Position numbers and translations under genes: made by a program. From NCBI RefSeq assembly GCF_036588685.1, contig NC_086386.1, positions 12,772,001 to 12,836,000 on the forward strand: a stretch of 64,000 nt of DNA, given 5' to 3'. Source of the DNA: Mytilus trossulus (lineage: Eukaryota). The notes under the pieces are model-generated. The model saw nothing but the letters and a program-made list of their open reading frames with translations, did no database searches and had not been told where the DNA came from. This document shows, one piece after another, positions 25,776-38,600 of the stretch. The number at the start of each line of letters is the position of its first letter. Within the stretch, counting starts at the first letter, position 1.

Positions 25776-27538
25776 CACTTTAAATCGGTTTACTCATTTC
25801 CTTAAACATCAAATCATCATTTTGAAAAGTTAAGTTAAGTTACAATGATTATACATTGATCTAAGCTGTTGTTGCATGAGTAAAATTTCTAAATTGAGTC
25901 TTAATGCTATTATACACGTATATAGTTTCATACCAAATACAGGGTATTTAAGTCGTCGTCCCGCATCTATATGTAAAAAAATAAGATTGAAACGTGAACG
26001 AGTGATTAATGTTCTGGACTTGTAAGGACATTTTTATTTGCTGAACCATTTTTTTTACAAAACTGTTTTGCTTATGATTTTCATTCTTGACGTCATTATA
26101 AGTAAAGGCAAACTGGTAGTTAAACTTTGTCTTTTAATTGTTATTGACACGAAGCGGCTTGATTTCCAAACGAGTATTTATCTTGAAATAATTATTTGGA
26201 AACCGACTTGGTGCCTTAGTTATTGATGTTAATTGACCGACAGTTGATTTCATATCCGTTATATCCTTTTTTTCCAATTATTAAAATGTAATTTCCATGA
26301 AAACCATAAACTGTCTGAAATTGCCACGAAATCAAGTGCAATCTAAATGCGAATTCTTTCATTTTCACAAAACACTTCTATAATATACATATTTTATCGG
26401 CGAAACGTTTAAGAGATTGACATTATTTTTATAGTTTATATACCATAATCTTGCAAAAGACCGTTTGGCAAAAAATAAGAAGTCTTTTTTAGTTACTATC
26501 TCATAAACTTGTATCATTTTTCCTTCAAACGTTTTATAAATACCAGTTCGTGGAGTTATGCATTGATACAGGATAACAAGGTTTACCAATACTCATAAGC
26601 TATAGAAGTTACAAAACTTCACCTTGATAAACAATTTTAAATAATGTCACGACTATGATCATTATTTTTTTATTGTTCTTATTTGACAAGATTTTGGCAA
26701 CAACTAGTTGATCTCATAAAAAGATGTATTACAGATTTTGTGATAAACCTACAACACCTAATATTTGGGAGCAAGGTTTAGTGCTTTAAACCAGTTTTAA
26801 TCCACCATTTTCTACATTTAGAAATGTCTGTACCAATTCGGGAATATGACAGTTTTTTTACATTCGTTTTTGATGTGTTTTGTCATTTAATTTTGCCATG
26901 TGAATATGAATTTTCTGATTTGATTTTCCTCTGAGTTCAGTATTGTTGTGAGTAGACACAAATAGAGATAAAATGATAAGTCTAGTGTTATTAAAATTAT
27001 AAAGAACCATAATAAAAAGAATAATTTTATAGTATATGTATTCTATTGTTAACTTAATAAAAGGTATATCTGTAGATGAATATGATCAGCTGATTATTCC
27101 CTGGGTAGTCAGTAGAGTGCAACATGATACGTCAACGTGATAGTTTAAAAAAAAAGCAATATTTGATGAATACAATTATTATTTTGTGACACAAACCAAT
27201 TTTAAAGGCAAAATATCAACAGTATTCCACAACAAAAATCACAATTCAAAATAACTAAGGAACATTCAAAGAACTCTGTGAAAATACCAAACAGGAAAAC
27301 AGTTCATATTTTACATCGATAATGTCATGCATGAAACCTGATAAGAACTAGAGCTTGATATTGCAATTATTGAAAATAAAAAACTAGTTCTCTATTATAT
27401 ATGTCTGCATTTATGGTTTGTAGATGTTATTCAGTACAAAAAATCATACGGTGTAGCTTTGACATGCAATATTTTTCTTATTTGAAAAAAGAACTGTACC
27501 TTCTTAAAATTAAGAAATTTAACATAGAAAGCAATTGA

Positions 27539-27986
27539 GGTATAATACCACCAAATCATGGTACGTCACATCCGGTTGCATACGAAAGAAGGTCTAAAAA
27601 AATATTCCCTTGAATTTGACCGTTGTACGTAATTAATCCTATAAATTATTGCAGTAAAACTATTTCTGAGTCATAATCATATGTCTTGGGTATTTCAAAA
27701 CACCATTATTTTTTATTTGTGATTTCTATAGAAAATTTTGTAATCTTGAGGTTACATGGTGACTAAACCTTGTACACAGATAGAATAAGGGGAGAAATTT
27801 GATTGGTAAACTTCCAATGATGGTTAGTTTCTTATATGCAATGAAAGGTTATGTGAAACTTTTTCTATAAACTTTAACCATGCCAAGTATTTCTTTATTT
27901 AAAACAAAGATAAATTCTACACAATTTTTTGAAAAGTGCAAATTTAACAAAGACTAATAGGGGAAAATCAATGGTGGTATTACACC
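27539..27986. mobile_element. MITE with 4-bp TTGA TSD (Kolobok-like)
   Basis: TIRs GGTATAATACCACCA / TGGTGGTATTACACC (14/15); TTGA at 27535-27538 and 27987-27990. Confidence 0.85.
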
Positions 27987-29756
27987 TTGAGCGTTGGATG
28001 AAATATTGTTTTGCTTTATATTTTAACTTAATAGTATTATATCTACATATATATATTTCTTGTTATTGACTGGTTGTTTTCGTTTGGATTTTTAAATTTA
28101 AAAGCAGGAGAGAAGATTAGATCTCGTAACTATCGTGTATTCTTGATTTTGTTTTGAAGTTGCTCTCTAATTGACACACGTTTGGCCTCACAATCTATAT
28201 ATCTCTATTGTTTCAGGAGAAATGGATGATATATTCCCTTAATGCGGCGCAAAAAATTGTGTGACAAAAACAATAACAATTTTATTATTTAAAATTTATC
28301 TTCTAGAAAAAAGAAATTGCTCAAAATAATCTGCTTTTGTAAGAGATGGGTAGCCCCGGGAAAAGCTAATTGATATTTAAACCCCTTAATTTAGAATACC
28401 AAATAATAATCGAAGAAAAAGCTTTCGAATCCGTTGAATTCCATTTGTTTACACAAAAGGACATGTGCCTTTTGGAAAGTGACTTTCAAATGAAAACAGC
28501 TATAATAGTATTTTTTGTTTTGTTTCTGATTTTGTGACCCCGAATGTTAGATAATTTCTCTATTTTAGGAGTAACATGTAAAGTTTATATATTGCACGAG
28601 AGTTTGATGATCATTAGAGTTAGTTACACAACTGTACAGAAATCGTGATAACTAATGTTGGTTTCTATATTTTTAATTACGACAAGTTATGACGTTGACT
28701 GATTAACTTAGAACGTAAATTACTTGAATAACAGAAAAAAAGATATCAAAAAGCTTTTAAAGGTTTTGATGATCTCTATTTGTTTTTCTCGTTATTCTAT
28801 TGTATTTAGAACATCAGACACTTAGAAGATGCTATATTACGACCTATAATTATACAAACGCATATCAGATTCGATTTTCATCCATGTTCAATTCCATGAA
28901 GACTTATTGTTGTGCATTTAACAAATCTGCAAATGTTAATTCTAATGATAAAATGGAAATTTTAATACTAACATGAAGGCTGGATACTAAATACGTATAG
29001 AGATAAAAAAAAAATGTACTGTAATCATTCTGTTGATGCAGTTAATAAGTTATGGGACCATAAAAAGCATTGCAAAACAAAAACAAAATACATCGGTGTA
29101 TCATATAAAGGAATTCACAATTATGTGTTTTTCTTTTGTTGTGAATATCTGCAGGTGTTTACTAGTTGTTTATCAGGTAACTACTATTCTTCGTGCTATT
29201 TTTGTATTTTGCTAAATCAATAATAACACGATTGCCCTGTAGAACATTTTGACAGATGTCGACAATGTCTAATTCAATTTTTAATGATATATTATAACAA
29301 CAACAAACCTGAAAAAAATCCCTGTAAAAACTACACCGCAATTAATTAAGTTTAGTTATCACTGCTTCGGTAATTTTCGACGCTTGAAGTTCACTTTATC
29401 GACTTCTCAATAGCATCACATAGCAATTTTTTCAGTATACGCATATTTGTGTTAACGCTTTTGAGAGTCTTCAATAATTTTCGTCTCAAGATCCGTTATA
29501 CTGCAGATGCCAATCTATGACGATCTTTTTTTTAATTTTTAATTCAAAGTTAGGAATTTAGCAGTTAAACATGTTCGATACTCTCAAAAGCGTTACCTAT
29601 AACTGTCAAATTCAAGAATGTTTTTTCGACCTATTGTCGTTTGCAATCGAGTTTGAAGTACTATCATTTTGATTTTAACGAAAAACAACACCAATCTAAC
29701 ATTTAATTACAGTGTTCGGACAGGGACATACATAATGTGGCGGGGTTTAAAATGTG

Positions 29757-30029
29757 TAAATTCACATTGCAATAAGACGTGTCACGGTACTTGTCTATCC
29801 CAAATTCATGTATTTGGTCTTGATGTTATATATATGTTATATTTGTTATTCTCGTTGGATTTCGTCTGATGCTCGGTCCGTTTCTATGTTTGTTATATTT
29901 TAGTGTTATGTCGTTGTTCTCCTCTTATATTTAATGCGTTTCCCTCGGTTTTAGTTTGTTACTCCGATTTGGTTTTTGTCCATGGATTTATGAGTTTTGA
30001 ACAGCGGTATACTACTGTTGCCTTTATTT
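29757..30029. mobile_element. Inserted interspersed repeat fragment (duplicated at 31906-32178)
   Basis: Absent from paralogous positions 30-50 and 59470-59495. Confidence 0.65.
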
Positions 30030-33000
30030 GCTCAATCTAACCTGAGACGGGATGTTACAGTGAAGCATTAGAAAACACTATAGAAATCAATTGAAGAGCA
30101 CAATTTATCTGATTGATTAAACGCACAAACACACCATTCCTGGTCGGATTCTTGAACATCCCAATATTAAACTGGTCTGCGTGTACTTGCAGTTACTGGC
30201 AGGGTGTTCAAAGCCAATAAAAACTAATAAAACATCAAGTATCTTAGCCTAAAGACTGAATAACGCGACCTACAATGTAACTACAAACCGGAAGCCAATA
30301 GTGTACATAATACAAAATATCAATGTTTCAATGCAATGAGTAAATTAGAAAAAAAAAGCCGAACAAATTCAAAACTGAAAGTCATTAATCAAAAGGCAAA
30401 ACCAAAAGCAAAATTATATTAAACAGATAGAAACCAAGCAAGTGAACGTTATGAACATGATAATACGAAGATACGGTATGATTGACAAAAAGAGCTATAA
30501 TGACGTTGATATAAGCAATTTATAAAGACTTATTATCTAATTAGTCATCACGTTCTTTTCTTGTATTCGATGTCACCAGTTTATTTTTTTATTGAGTTTC
30601 GCTTCACAAAATGTATGCCTTTGCTGTGCTCTTATTCAATCATTCACTACATCAATTCTGAGAAGACTAATAGCTTAGTGATTGAATGATATTCTTGTAA
30701 AAAAACTATTGTTTTATAATTCATTTATTGAACTAGGTGTATATTATATATCAATGAACAACCCAATTTGGAAAAAAGGTACATTTGTGTTAATAATAAA
30801 TGTCAACAAGTGAAACAATTCAACATAGAAATAACGCATTAAATTTTCATTCGTTCGACGCACTTTATTGATCACTTTCATCTAAAAAGCATACGCATTT
30901 GAAAGTCATGACTGTAGCTAATTTAGAAGCTGTACAGCATAGACGGGCCCTTATATATAACATGAATTTAGTTTATCAAAAGGTAAAACCAACGGCCTGA
31001 TTTATTTAGTATGACTAACAAAATCAAAAGCCCCAGATAATTTAGGCTTAACTAAATAAATGTATAACTTTCTACTGTTGGTTTCCAATTATTTACCTCT
31101 GGTTATTTGAAAGGTTAATATCACTTTCTTATTTATATCAGTTTAAAAAAAAGTTTCTTTGATTTGATCCACATCAATGAAAAAAACACAAAAAAAAAAA
31201 AAAACAACCAAAAACTAGTGTAATTTTATACAGTATTTTTTTTTATTACATACTTATTCTGGCGTCATTAAATGTTTTTTTTGTACATTGAGATTGATTA
31301 TTAATTAGTAATTACAGCTTTAATAATACATTGTACATGTTTTCCCCGTACTTTGCAGTTTTTACAAATATGTATTTCAGAATAAAGTATTTATATTATT
31401 ATAAACTAAGGTGTTTTCCTTACATGTGTGTTGTTAAAATTCATGATATATCGAGATGAAAAGAGGAAGGGTCATATTTTCCTGGACATTGAACAGTGCA
31501 TGCATCCCGCAAAGGTTTTTGTTGTGTTATATTGCACATGTGTGTGTTAATATTATTCGTACAAATGTTTGTATAGTTTGGTTTTGATGGGAAATCTCTG
31601 TTAAAATTATAAACAACCTTTTGAAAAACGGATAGACTGTCTATTATTGAAAATGTCGATCGATGGACAGCCAATGTTTCCTTTTATTCCTATTTATTAA
31701 ACGTGTTTTCGTTTAAGATAAAGAGGAATTTGACAAGATACAAAACAAATAAACACGTTAAGTTACACAAACGCATCTTGACTGGAGACATTTCTCAATT
31801 AATCATACTTATAGTGTCTCTTATATTTAACTTAAGGCATTTGTCAACTGAAGAACAGAAATTACATAACACAAAGACTAATAATGTGGCGGGGTTTAAA
31901 ATGTGTAAATTCACATTGCAATAAGACGTGTCACGGTACTTGTCTATCCCAAATTCATGTATTTGGTCTTGATGTTATATATATGTTATATTTGTTATTC
32001 TCGTTGGATTTCGTCTGATGCTCGGTCCGTTTCTATGTTTGTTATATTTTAGTGTTATGTCGTTGTTCTCCTCTTATATTTAATGCGTTTCCCTCGGTTT
32101 TAGTTTGTTACTCCGATTTGGTTTTTGTCCATGGATTTATGAGTTTTGAACAGCGGTATACTACTGTTGCCTTTATTTGCTCAATCTAACCTGAGACGGG
32201 ATGTTACAGTGAAGCATTAGAAAACACTATAGAAATCAATTGAAGAGCACAATTTATCTGATTGATTAAACGCACAAACACACCATTCCTGGTCGGATTC
32301 TTGAACATCCCAATATTAAACTGGTCTGCGTGTACTTGCAGTTACTGGCAGGGTGTTCAAAGCCAATAAAAACTAATAAAACATCAAGTATCTTAGCCTA
32401 AAGACTGAATAACGCGACCTACAATGTAACTACAAACCGGAAGCCAATAGTGTACATAATACAAAATATCAATGTTTCAATGCAATGAGTAAATTAGAAA
32501 AAAAAAGCCGAACAAATTCAAAACTGAAAGTCATTAATCAAAAGGCAAAACCAAAAGCAAAATTATATTAAACAGATAGAAACCAAGCAAGTGAACGTTA
32601 TGAACATGATAATACGAAGATACGGTATGATTGACAAAAAGAGCTATAATGACGTTGATATAAGCAATTTATAAAGACTTATTATCTAATTAGTCATCAC
32701 GTTCTTTTCTTGTATTCGATGTCACCAGTTTATTTTTTTATTGAGTTTCGCTTCACAAAATGTATGCCTTTGCTGTGCTCTTATTCAATCATTCACTACA
32801 TCAATTCTGAGAAGACTAATAGCTTAGTGATTGAATGATATTCTTGTAAAAAAACTATTGTTTTATAATTCATTTATTGAACTAGGTGTATATTATATAT
32901 CAATGAACAACCCAATTTGGAAAAAAGGTACATTTGTGTTAATAATAAATGTCAACAAGTGAAACAATTCAACATAGAAATAACGCATTAAATTTTCATT

Positions 33001-33717
33001 CGTTCGACGCACTTTATTGATCACTTTCATCTAAAAAGCATACGCATTTGAAAGTCATGACTGTAGCTAATTTAGAAGCTGTACAGCATAGACGGGCCCT
33101 TATATATAACATGAATTTAGTTTATCAAAAGGTAAAACCAACGGCCTGATTTATTTAGTATGACTAACAAAATGAAAAGCCCCAGATAATTTAGGCTTAA
33201 CTAAATAAATGTATAACTTTCTACTGTTGGTTTCCAATTATTTACCTCTGGTTATTTGAAAGGTTAATATCACTTTCTTATTTATATCAGTTTAAAAAAA
33301 AGTTTCTTTGATTTGATCCACATCAATGAAAAAAACACAAAAAAAAAAAAAACAATCAAAAACTAGTGTAATTTTATACAGTATTTTTTTTATTACATAC
33401 TTATTCTGGCGTCATTAAATGTTTTTTTTGTACATTGAGATTGATTATTAATTAGTAATTACAGCTTTAATAATACATTGTACATGTTTTCCCCGTACTT
33501 TGCAGTTTTTACAAATATGTATTTCAGAATAAAGTATTTATATTATTATAAACTAAGGTGTTTTCCTTACATGTGTGTTGTTAAAATTCATGATATATCG
33601 AGATGAAAAGAGGAAGGGTCATATTTTCCTGGACATTGAACAGTGCATGCATCCCGCAAAGGTTTTTGTTGTGTTATATTGCACATGTGTGTGTTAATAT
33701 TATTCGTACAAATGTTT

Positions 33718-35673
33718 AAAATTGAGAATGGAAATGGGGAATGTGTCAAAGAGACAACAACCCGACCAAAATAAAAAAAAATTACAACAGCAGAAGGTCA
33801 CCAACAGGTCTTCAATGTAGCGAGAAATTCCCGCACCCGGAGGCGTCCTTCAGCTGGCCCCTAAACAAATATATACTAGTTCAGTGATAATGAACGCCAT
33901 ACTAATTTCCAAATGGTACACAAGAAACTAAAATTTTAAATAATACAAGACTAACAAAGGCCAGAGGCTCCTGACTTGGGACAGGCGCAAAAATGCGGCG
34001 GGGTTAAACATGTTTGTGAGATCTCAACCCTCCCCCTATACCTCTAACCAGTGTAGAAAAGTAAAAGCATAACAATACGCACATTAAAATTCAGTTCAAG
34101 AGAAGTCCGAGTCTGATGTCAGAAGATGTAACCAAAGAAAATAAACAAAATGACAATAATACATAAATAACAACAGACTACTAGCAGTTAACTGACATGC
34201 CAGCTCCAGAGTTCAATTAAACTGACTGAAAGATTATGATTTCATCAAATGAACATCAGGCACAATCCTTCCCGTAAGGGGTTTAGTATCATACCATCAT
34301 AACATATATGAGAAGAACATAACCCGTGTCATGCCAACAACTGTTTTTAGAATAAATGTGTTTAGTTCCGACGCAAAGACCTTATCAGTGACTCAATATT
34401 AACGCCAAAATATGCAATCTTTAATGACTTGACAACAGTATCGTAATTATACCCCTTCTTAATAAGTCTATTCAAAGGTTTTGTAAGTTTATGAGGTGAA
34501 TACTGACACCTTTGTGCTTTATAAAGAATATTTCCATAAAAAATTGGATGTGAAATACCTGAACGTATAAAAAGTCTGCATGTTGAGCTATATTTACGAA
34601 TGATGTCTTTATACCGATGATAAAATTTAGTAAATGTTTTGACTAGTTTGTGATATCGAAAACCCTGGTGTAATAATTTTTCAGTAATACATAAATTTCT
34701 CTCGTTAAAATCTAAAACATTGTTACATACACGAGCGAATCGTACAAGTTGAGATATATAAACACCGTAAGATGGTGACAAGGGAACGTCACCATCTAAA
34801 AACGGATAATTAACGATAGGAAATGAAAAATCATCCCTTTTATCATAAATTTTAGTATTCAGCTTTCCGTTAGTGATATAAATATCAAGATCGAGGAAAG
34901 GGCAGTGGTCATTGTTAGTATTAGCTTTATTTAAAGTAAGTTCACCAGGATAAATTTCATTAATATACATACTGAAGTCGTCATTATTGAGAGCCAAAAT
35001 ATCATCCAAATATCTAAAAGTATTATTAAATTTGTTTATCAGATGTTGTTTTGATGGGTCTTTGCTTATTTTTGTCATAAATTGTAACTCGTAACAATAC
35101 AAAAAGAGGTCCGCAATAAGTGGTGCACAGTTAGTCCCCATTGGAATTCCGATAATCTGACGATATACGGAATCCCCAAAGCGAACAAAAATGTTATCTA
35201 GTAAAAATTCAAGGGCATATATAGTATCAAAGCATGTCCAATTAACATAGTTTTTTTGTTTATTGCTACTAAAAAATGACCTAAAAGAGTTAGAACATAT
35301 ATATTCACATTCTGATTTTTTGAATGCCCATTTAATTAGGTGTGTGAATTTTTTCTTAATGAGAATGTGAGGCAATGTGGTATACAGGGTAGAAAAATCA
35401 AAACTTTGAACAGATTCAAAATCACCAATATAAGCATGCAATTTATCAAGTACTTCCAACGAGTTCTTGACACTCCAAAAGTAATTTATTCCACTATTTT
35501 CGAAGGCCTTATTTGAACAATTTATTATAAGGTTTTTAATTGTACCAAGTGTGCTGGTAAGAATAATAGACAATTTAGTAGTTGAACAATGGCTTGAAGA
35601 CGAAATAAATCTATATTTGTAAGGGGTTTTGTGTAGCTTCGGAAGCCAATACATAGTTGGGACTTTCATTGTA
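33718..35673 (-). mobile_element. Young 5'-truncated Naiad-type Penelope-like retroelement
   Basis: Empty site AATGTTTGTATAG near 31564-31576; TTT on both flanks; RT ORF followed by a 3' UTR of about 640 bp and no C-terminal endonuclease, which fits the N-terminal-EN (Naiad) architecture after truncation. Confidence 0.88.
34362..35669 (-). CDS. PLE reverse transcriptase (435 aa from the first in-element ATG; N-terminally truncated)
   Basis: Uninterrupted frame with YWLPKLHK, SFDFSTLYTTLPH, RQIIGIPMGTNCAP, FRYLDDIL, FLDL, KIYDKRDDF. The first 36 or so codons of the 472-aa track ORF are flank sequence (identical to ORF 31441-31674) and begin with TTG. Confidence 0.9.
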   Translation of the reverse strand: MKVPTMYWLPKLHKTPYKYRFISSSSHCSTTKLSIILTSTLGTIKNLIINCSNKAFENSGINYFWSVKNSLEVLDKLHAYIGDFESVQSFDFSTLYTTLPHILIKKKFTHLIKWAFKKSECEYICSNSFRSFFSSNKQKNYVNWTCFDTIYALEFLLDNIFVRFGDSVYRQIIGIPMGTNCAPLIADLFLYCYELQFMTKISKDPSKQHLINKFNNTFRYLDDILALNNDDFSMYINEIYPGELTLNKANTNNDHCPFLDLDIYITNGKLNTKIYDKRDDFSFPIVNYPFLDGDVPLSPSYGVYISQLVRFARVCNNVLDFNERNLCITEKLLHQGFRYHKLVKTFTKFYHRYKDIIRKYSSTCRLFIRSGISHPIFYGNILYKAQRCQYSPHKLTKPLNRLIKKGYNYDTVVKSLKIAYFGVNIESLIRSLRRN

Positions 35674-38600
35674 TTTGTATAGTTTGGTTTTGATGGGAAA
35701 TCTCTGTTAAAATTATAAACAACCTTTTGAAAAACGGATAGACTGTCTATTATTGAAAATGTCGATCGATGGACAGCCAATGTTTCCTTTTATTCCTATT
35801 TATTAAACGTGTTTTCGTTTAAGATAAAGAGGAATTTGACAAGATACAAAACAAATAAACACGTTAAGTTACACAAACGCATCTTGACTGGAGACATTTC
35901 TCAATTAATCATACTTATAGTGTCTCTTATATTTAACTTAAGGCATTTGTCAACTGAAGAACAGAAATTACATAACACAAGTTGATGTAAATTTTGCCGT
36001 TTGAGTTTTTTCAAATAAGTTTCAAAATCATTAACGCATTACATGAATGTTGAGACACAAAATTGTTGTCATTACATACCCAATAGTAATGACGACATGT
36101 TTAACACTTGTAGCCCTCGTGTGTATTTACAGTTTGATAATAACAATACCGTGTCATTTCTGATTCCTGGTTTTATCAAGTTCTACTTTCATGCTTATAT
36201 TACATCTCTTTATAGTATAGTTATCATTTCGTGTAAATTGTCCCTTCTGAATTTATTCCCTATCTATCAATAAAGAAATTTACACCTACTTATATAGACA
36301 ACGGGAGAAGAATTACAACTGTAAGTATGTAAGAACCAATCATATTTCATTTTTGCATGTTTAATCGAGAATCTAATCGGTTCATGTTTCAACTTGTCAT
36401 GTAAAACTGCGGATAATATGTCCTTGTGTTTTCTCTTCAGTTATCATTCCTGGATTGATAATCTTATCTTTCGACAGATGGACATTTGTTTTGATTGATT
36501 GACAAAATTCTAATATCGAATACTTTCAAATCCAACGTGTTCGTCCATTTAAAGACCACTCTAATCAACAATAAAACATATAGGTAGTTTATGTAAATGT
36601 AGTTTGATCTGAATGAAGGATGGCGAATTTTGACTAGCACTAAGAATGGAGGACATCATGAATAGTTGCGGACATTTTGATCTCTAACAGACCAATTTCA
36701 TGCAAGTGTATGGTAAATTTCTGCAAAGGTTATTAAACGTACAGAAAACACGCCACACTTTCTAAATGACTTATCAAACTTATGTAGCCTTTTATGTTTA
36801 TAACCTTATATAGCCTAAACAGAAAGTTAGGTATATGCATTAAAGCTAGTAGAGGACGATTAAATCACATTTCTAAATTTTTCTTCCAAATAACGATAGT
36901 CTTATCTTTATATGATGAGACACATGCTGATAATAGAAATCCAGGTTTTGATGGAGCAGTAGGACTCTTAATCATACTATTCGTTGGAACTAATATACAA
37001 CTGCGGGGAATTTAATGGCATTTGATACAGACTTTTGACAACTTTATAAAGATTGATTCTTCGAATGATCTTTGATAATACAGTAACACAACTTTTGATT
37101 TGCTGTTATATAAGGTTGATTTCGATTCACCATACAACTTATGATGCTATATGTATATTAAAAAATGTAAAATAATTGAAGAAAATCGTCTCGTTGTTTG
37201 GGTTATAACAACATATTTGATTTGTAATTATACTGCAACAAATAAAAACAGATGTATTGAATCTGTTAAACATCTATCAAAACAGATACATGGGTTATTC
37301 GTTGATAAATGTTTTTTTGTTTGGTTTATGCCGAATAATGCGTCAATGAATATAAAGAACAAATTCTATCAATGTATTGAAGGTGACGGATTTCTAACCA
37401 ACGATGATATAAGAAATACTTATTATACGGAATTTGAGTGTGATAGAAGGGTTTTCAAAGTGGGTAAAGATTGTACAATTTGGGGGCGGAACAAGCTGTA
37501 TATAACATTTATGACTTAGATTGAAATCAAAAGCAGCATGCCCCAATCTCTTCTTATCTGTCTTTCTCTTTATAATAATTACGCAAGGCATTTTTAGTTT
37601 TCCATGTTTTTCAATGTGATTGCATCGTAATGTATTCGTTTCGTTATCGAATTCATTCAAATGATACATAAGTTATAGATATTTTAACTTGCAGAAAACT
37701 GAAGTTACAATTTGCAATTAATTCCAATGGAATTTCATTGAGAAAAAAACATTTTTGATTTTTCAGATTGACATTAAATCATGCTTGCAATTTAGGTATT
37801 CTCATTCCATAATCTTAGATTGTTTTATTTAAATAGAATTTATGAAAATATAAAGTAAAATAGTATGCATCTACGAAATATTCTTAGAATTGAAACGGTT
37901 GTCTGTAACAGTTCTTTAAATTAGAAAAATAAAAAAAAATAAAAAATGGGCGCAATTACTTGAGTACCTCCACGTTAAACAAAACTCAACAGGAAACACT
38001 AACTGTTCCACACTACATGTTTTAAAAATTTGATCATCATTGGCAATACTGTTATTTATATGTAATAAATATTTATTATCTGTTCAAAAGCACAATATGT
38101 TTACAATTTGAGTATGACTTATGTTGAAATAGAATACATTTTGAAGATCTTTAACACTTAATATGCCAACATGACGTAAAATACTTCAATCTTAAAAGAT
38201 ACACGTGCTATATGATATAGTAGATAATTGACTGTTTTTAACAACGTTCGTGATAAAAAGTATTAAATCCAAAGCCCGCCTTCATTGGTTCAGGCTCATT
38301 GAATTATCACCCTGATAGATTCATTGTGATTTAAAAACATATTTATTGTTATCAGTTTATATGTAAAATAGGGTTGGTATATATTTTTTATAAAAGATGT
38401 GTTTTTGTTGTTATTTTTTTTATCTAAACATTAATCATGTATGATGATTTATATGACTGTAATTGACATTACATTTAACTTGCTACTCCCACATCTTCTA
38501 ATGTTTATGTTATTTTTTGTATCATCCGCAAGTTAACAATGTAAATAGTAGTAAGTAAATACCAATGGTATTATATACACTCATTTTGAATAAAAAAATC

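Larger units (their letters stand above)
1..29722. repeat. Segmental duplication unit 1 of a head-to-tail tandem array
   Basis: Colinear homologous blocks with unit 2 throughout, e.g. 760-910 vs 30527-30680, 12400-12720 vs 42110-42450, 15401-15531 vs 44326-44458, 25085-25320 vs 52790-53020, 28540-28960 vs 57880-58320, 29340-29722 vs 59130-59443. Unit boundaries are arbitrary phase choices anchored on GGGACA..TGTGGCGGGG. Confidence 0.92.
29732..35980. repeat. Near-identical 2.14-kb tandem duplication (29732-31874 and 31881-35980, the latter split by a Naiad)
   Basis: Copies differ only at a few sites seen by eye (e.g. AAATCAAAAG vs AAATGAAAAG); 6-bp filler AGACTA at 31875-31880. Confidence 0.95.

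Noticed and set aside
34362-35669. Selenoprotein-type Naiad RT
   Set aside because: No in-frame TGA in the retained ORF and it ends in TAA; the lost 5' part cannot be judged.
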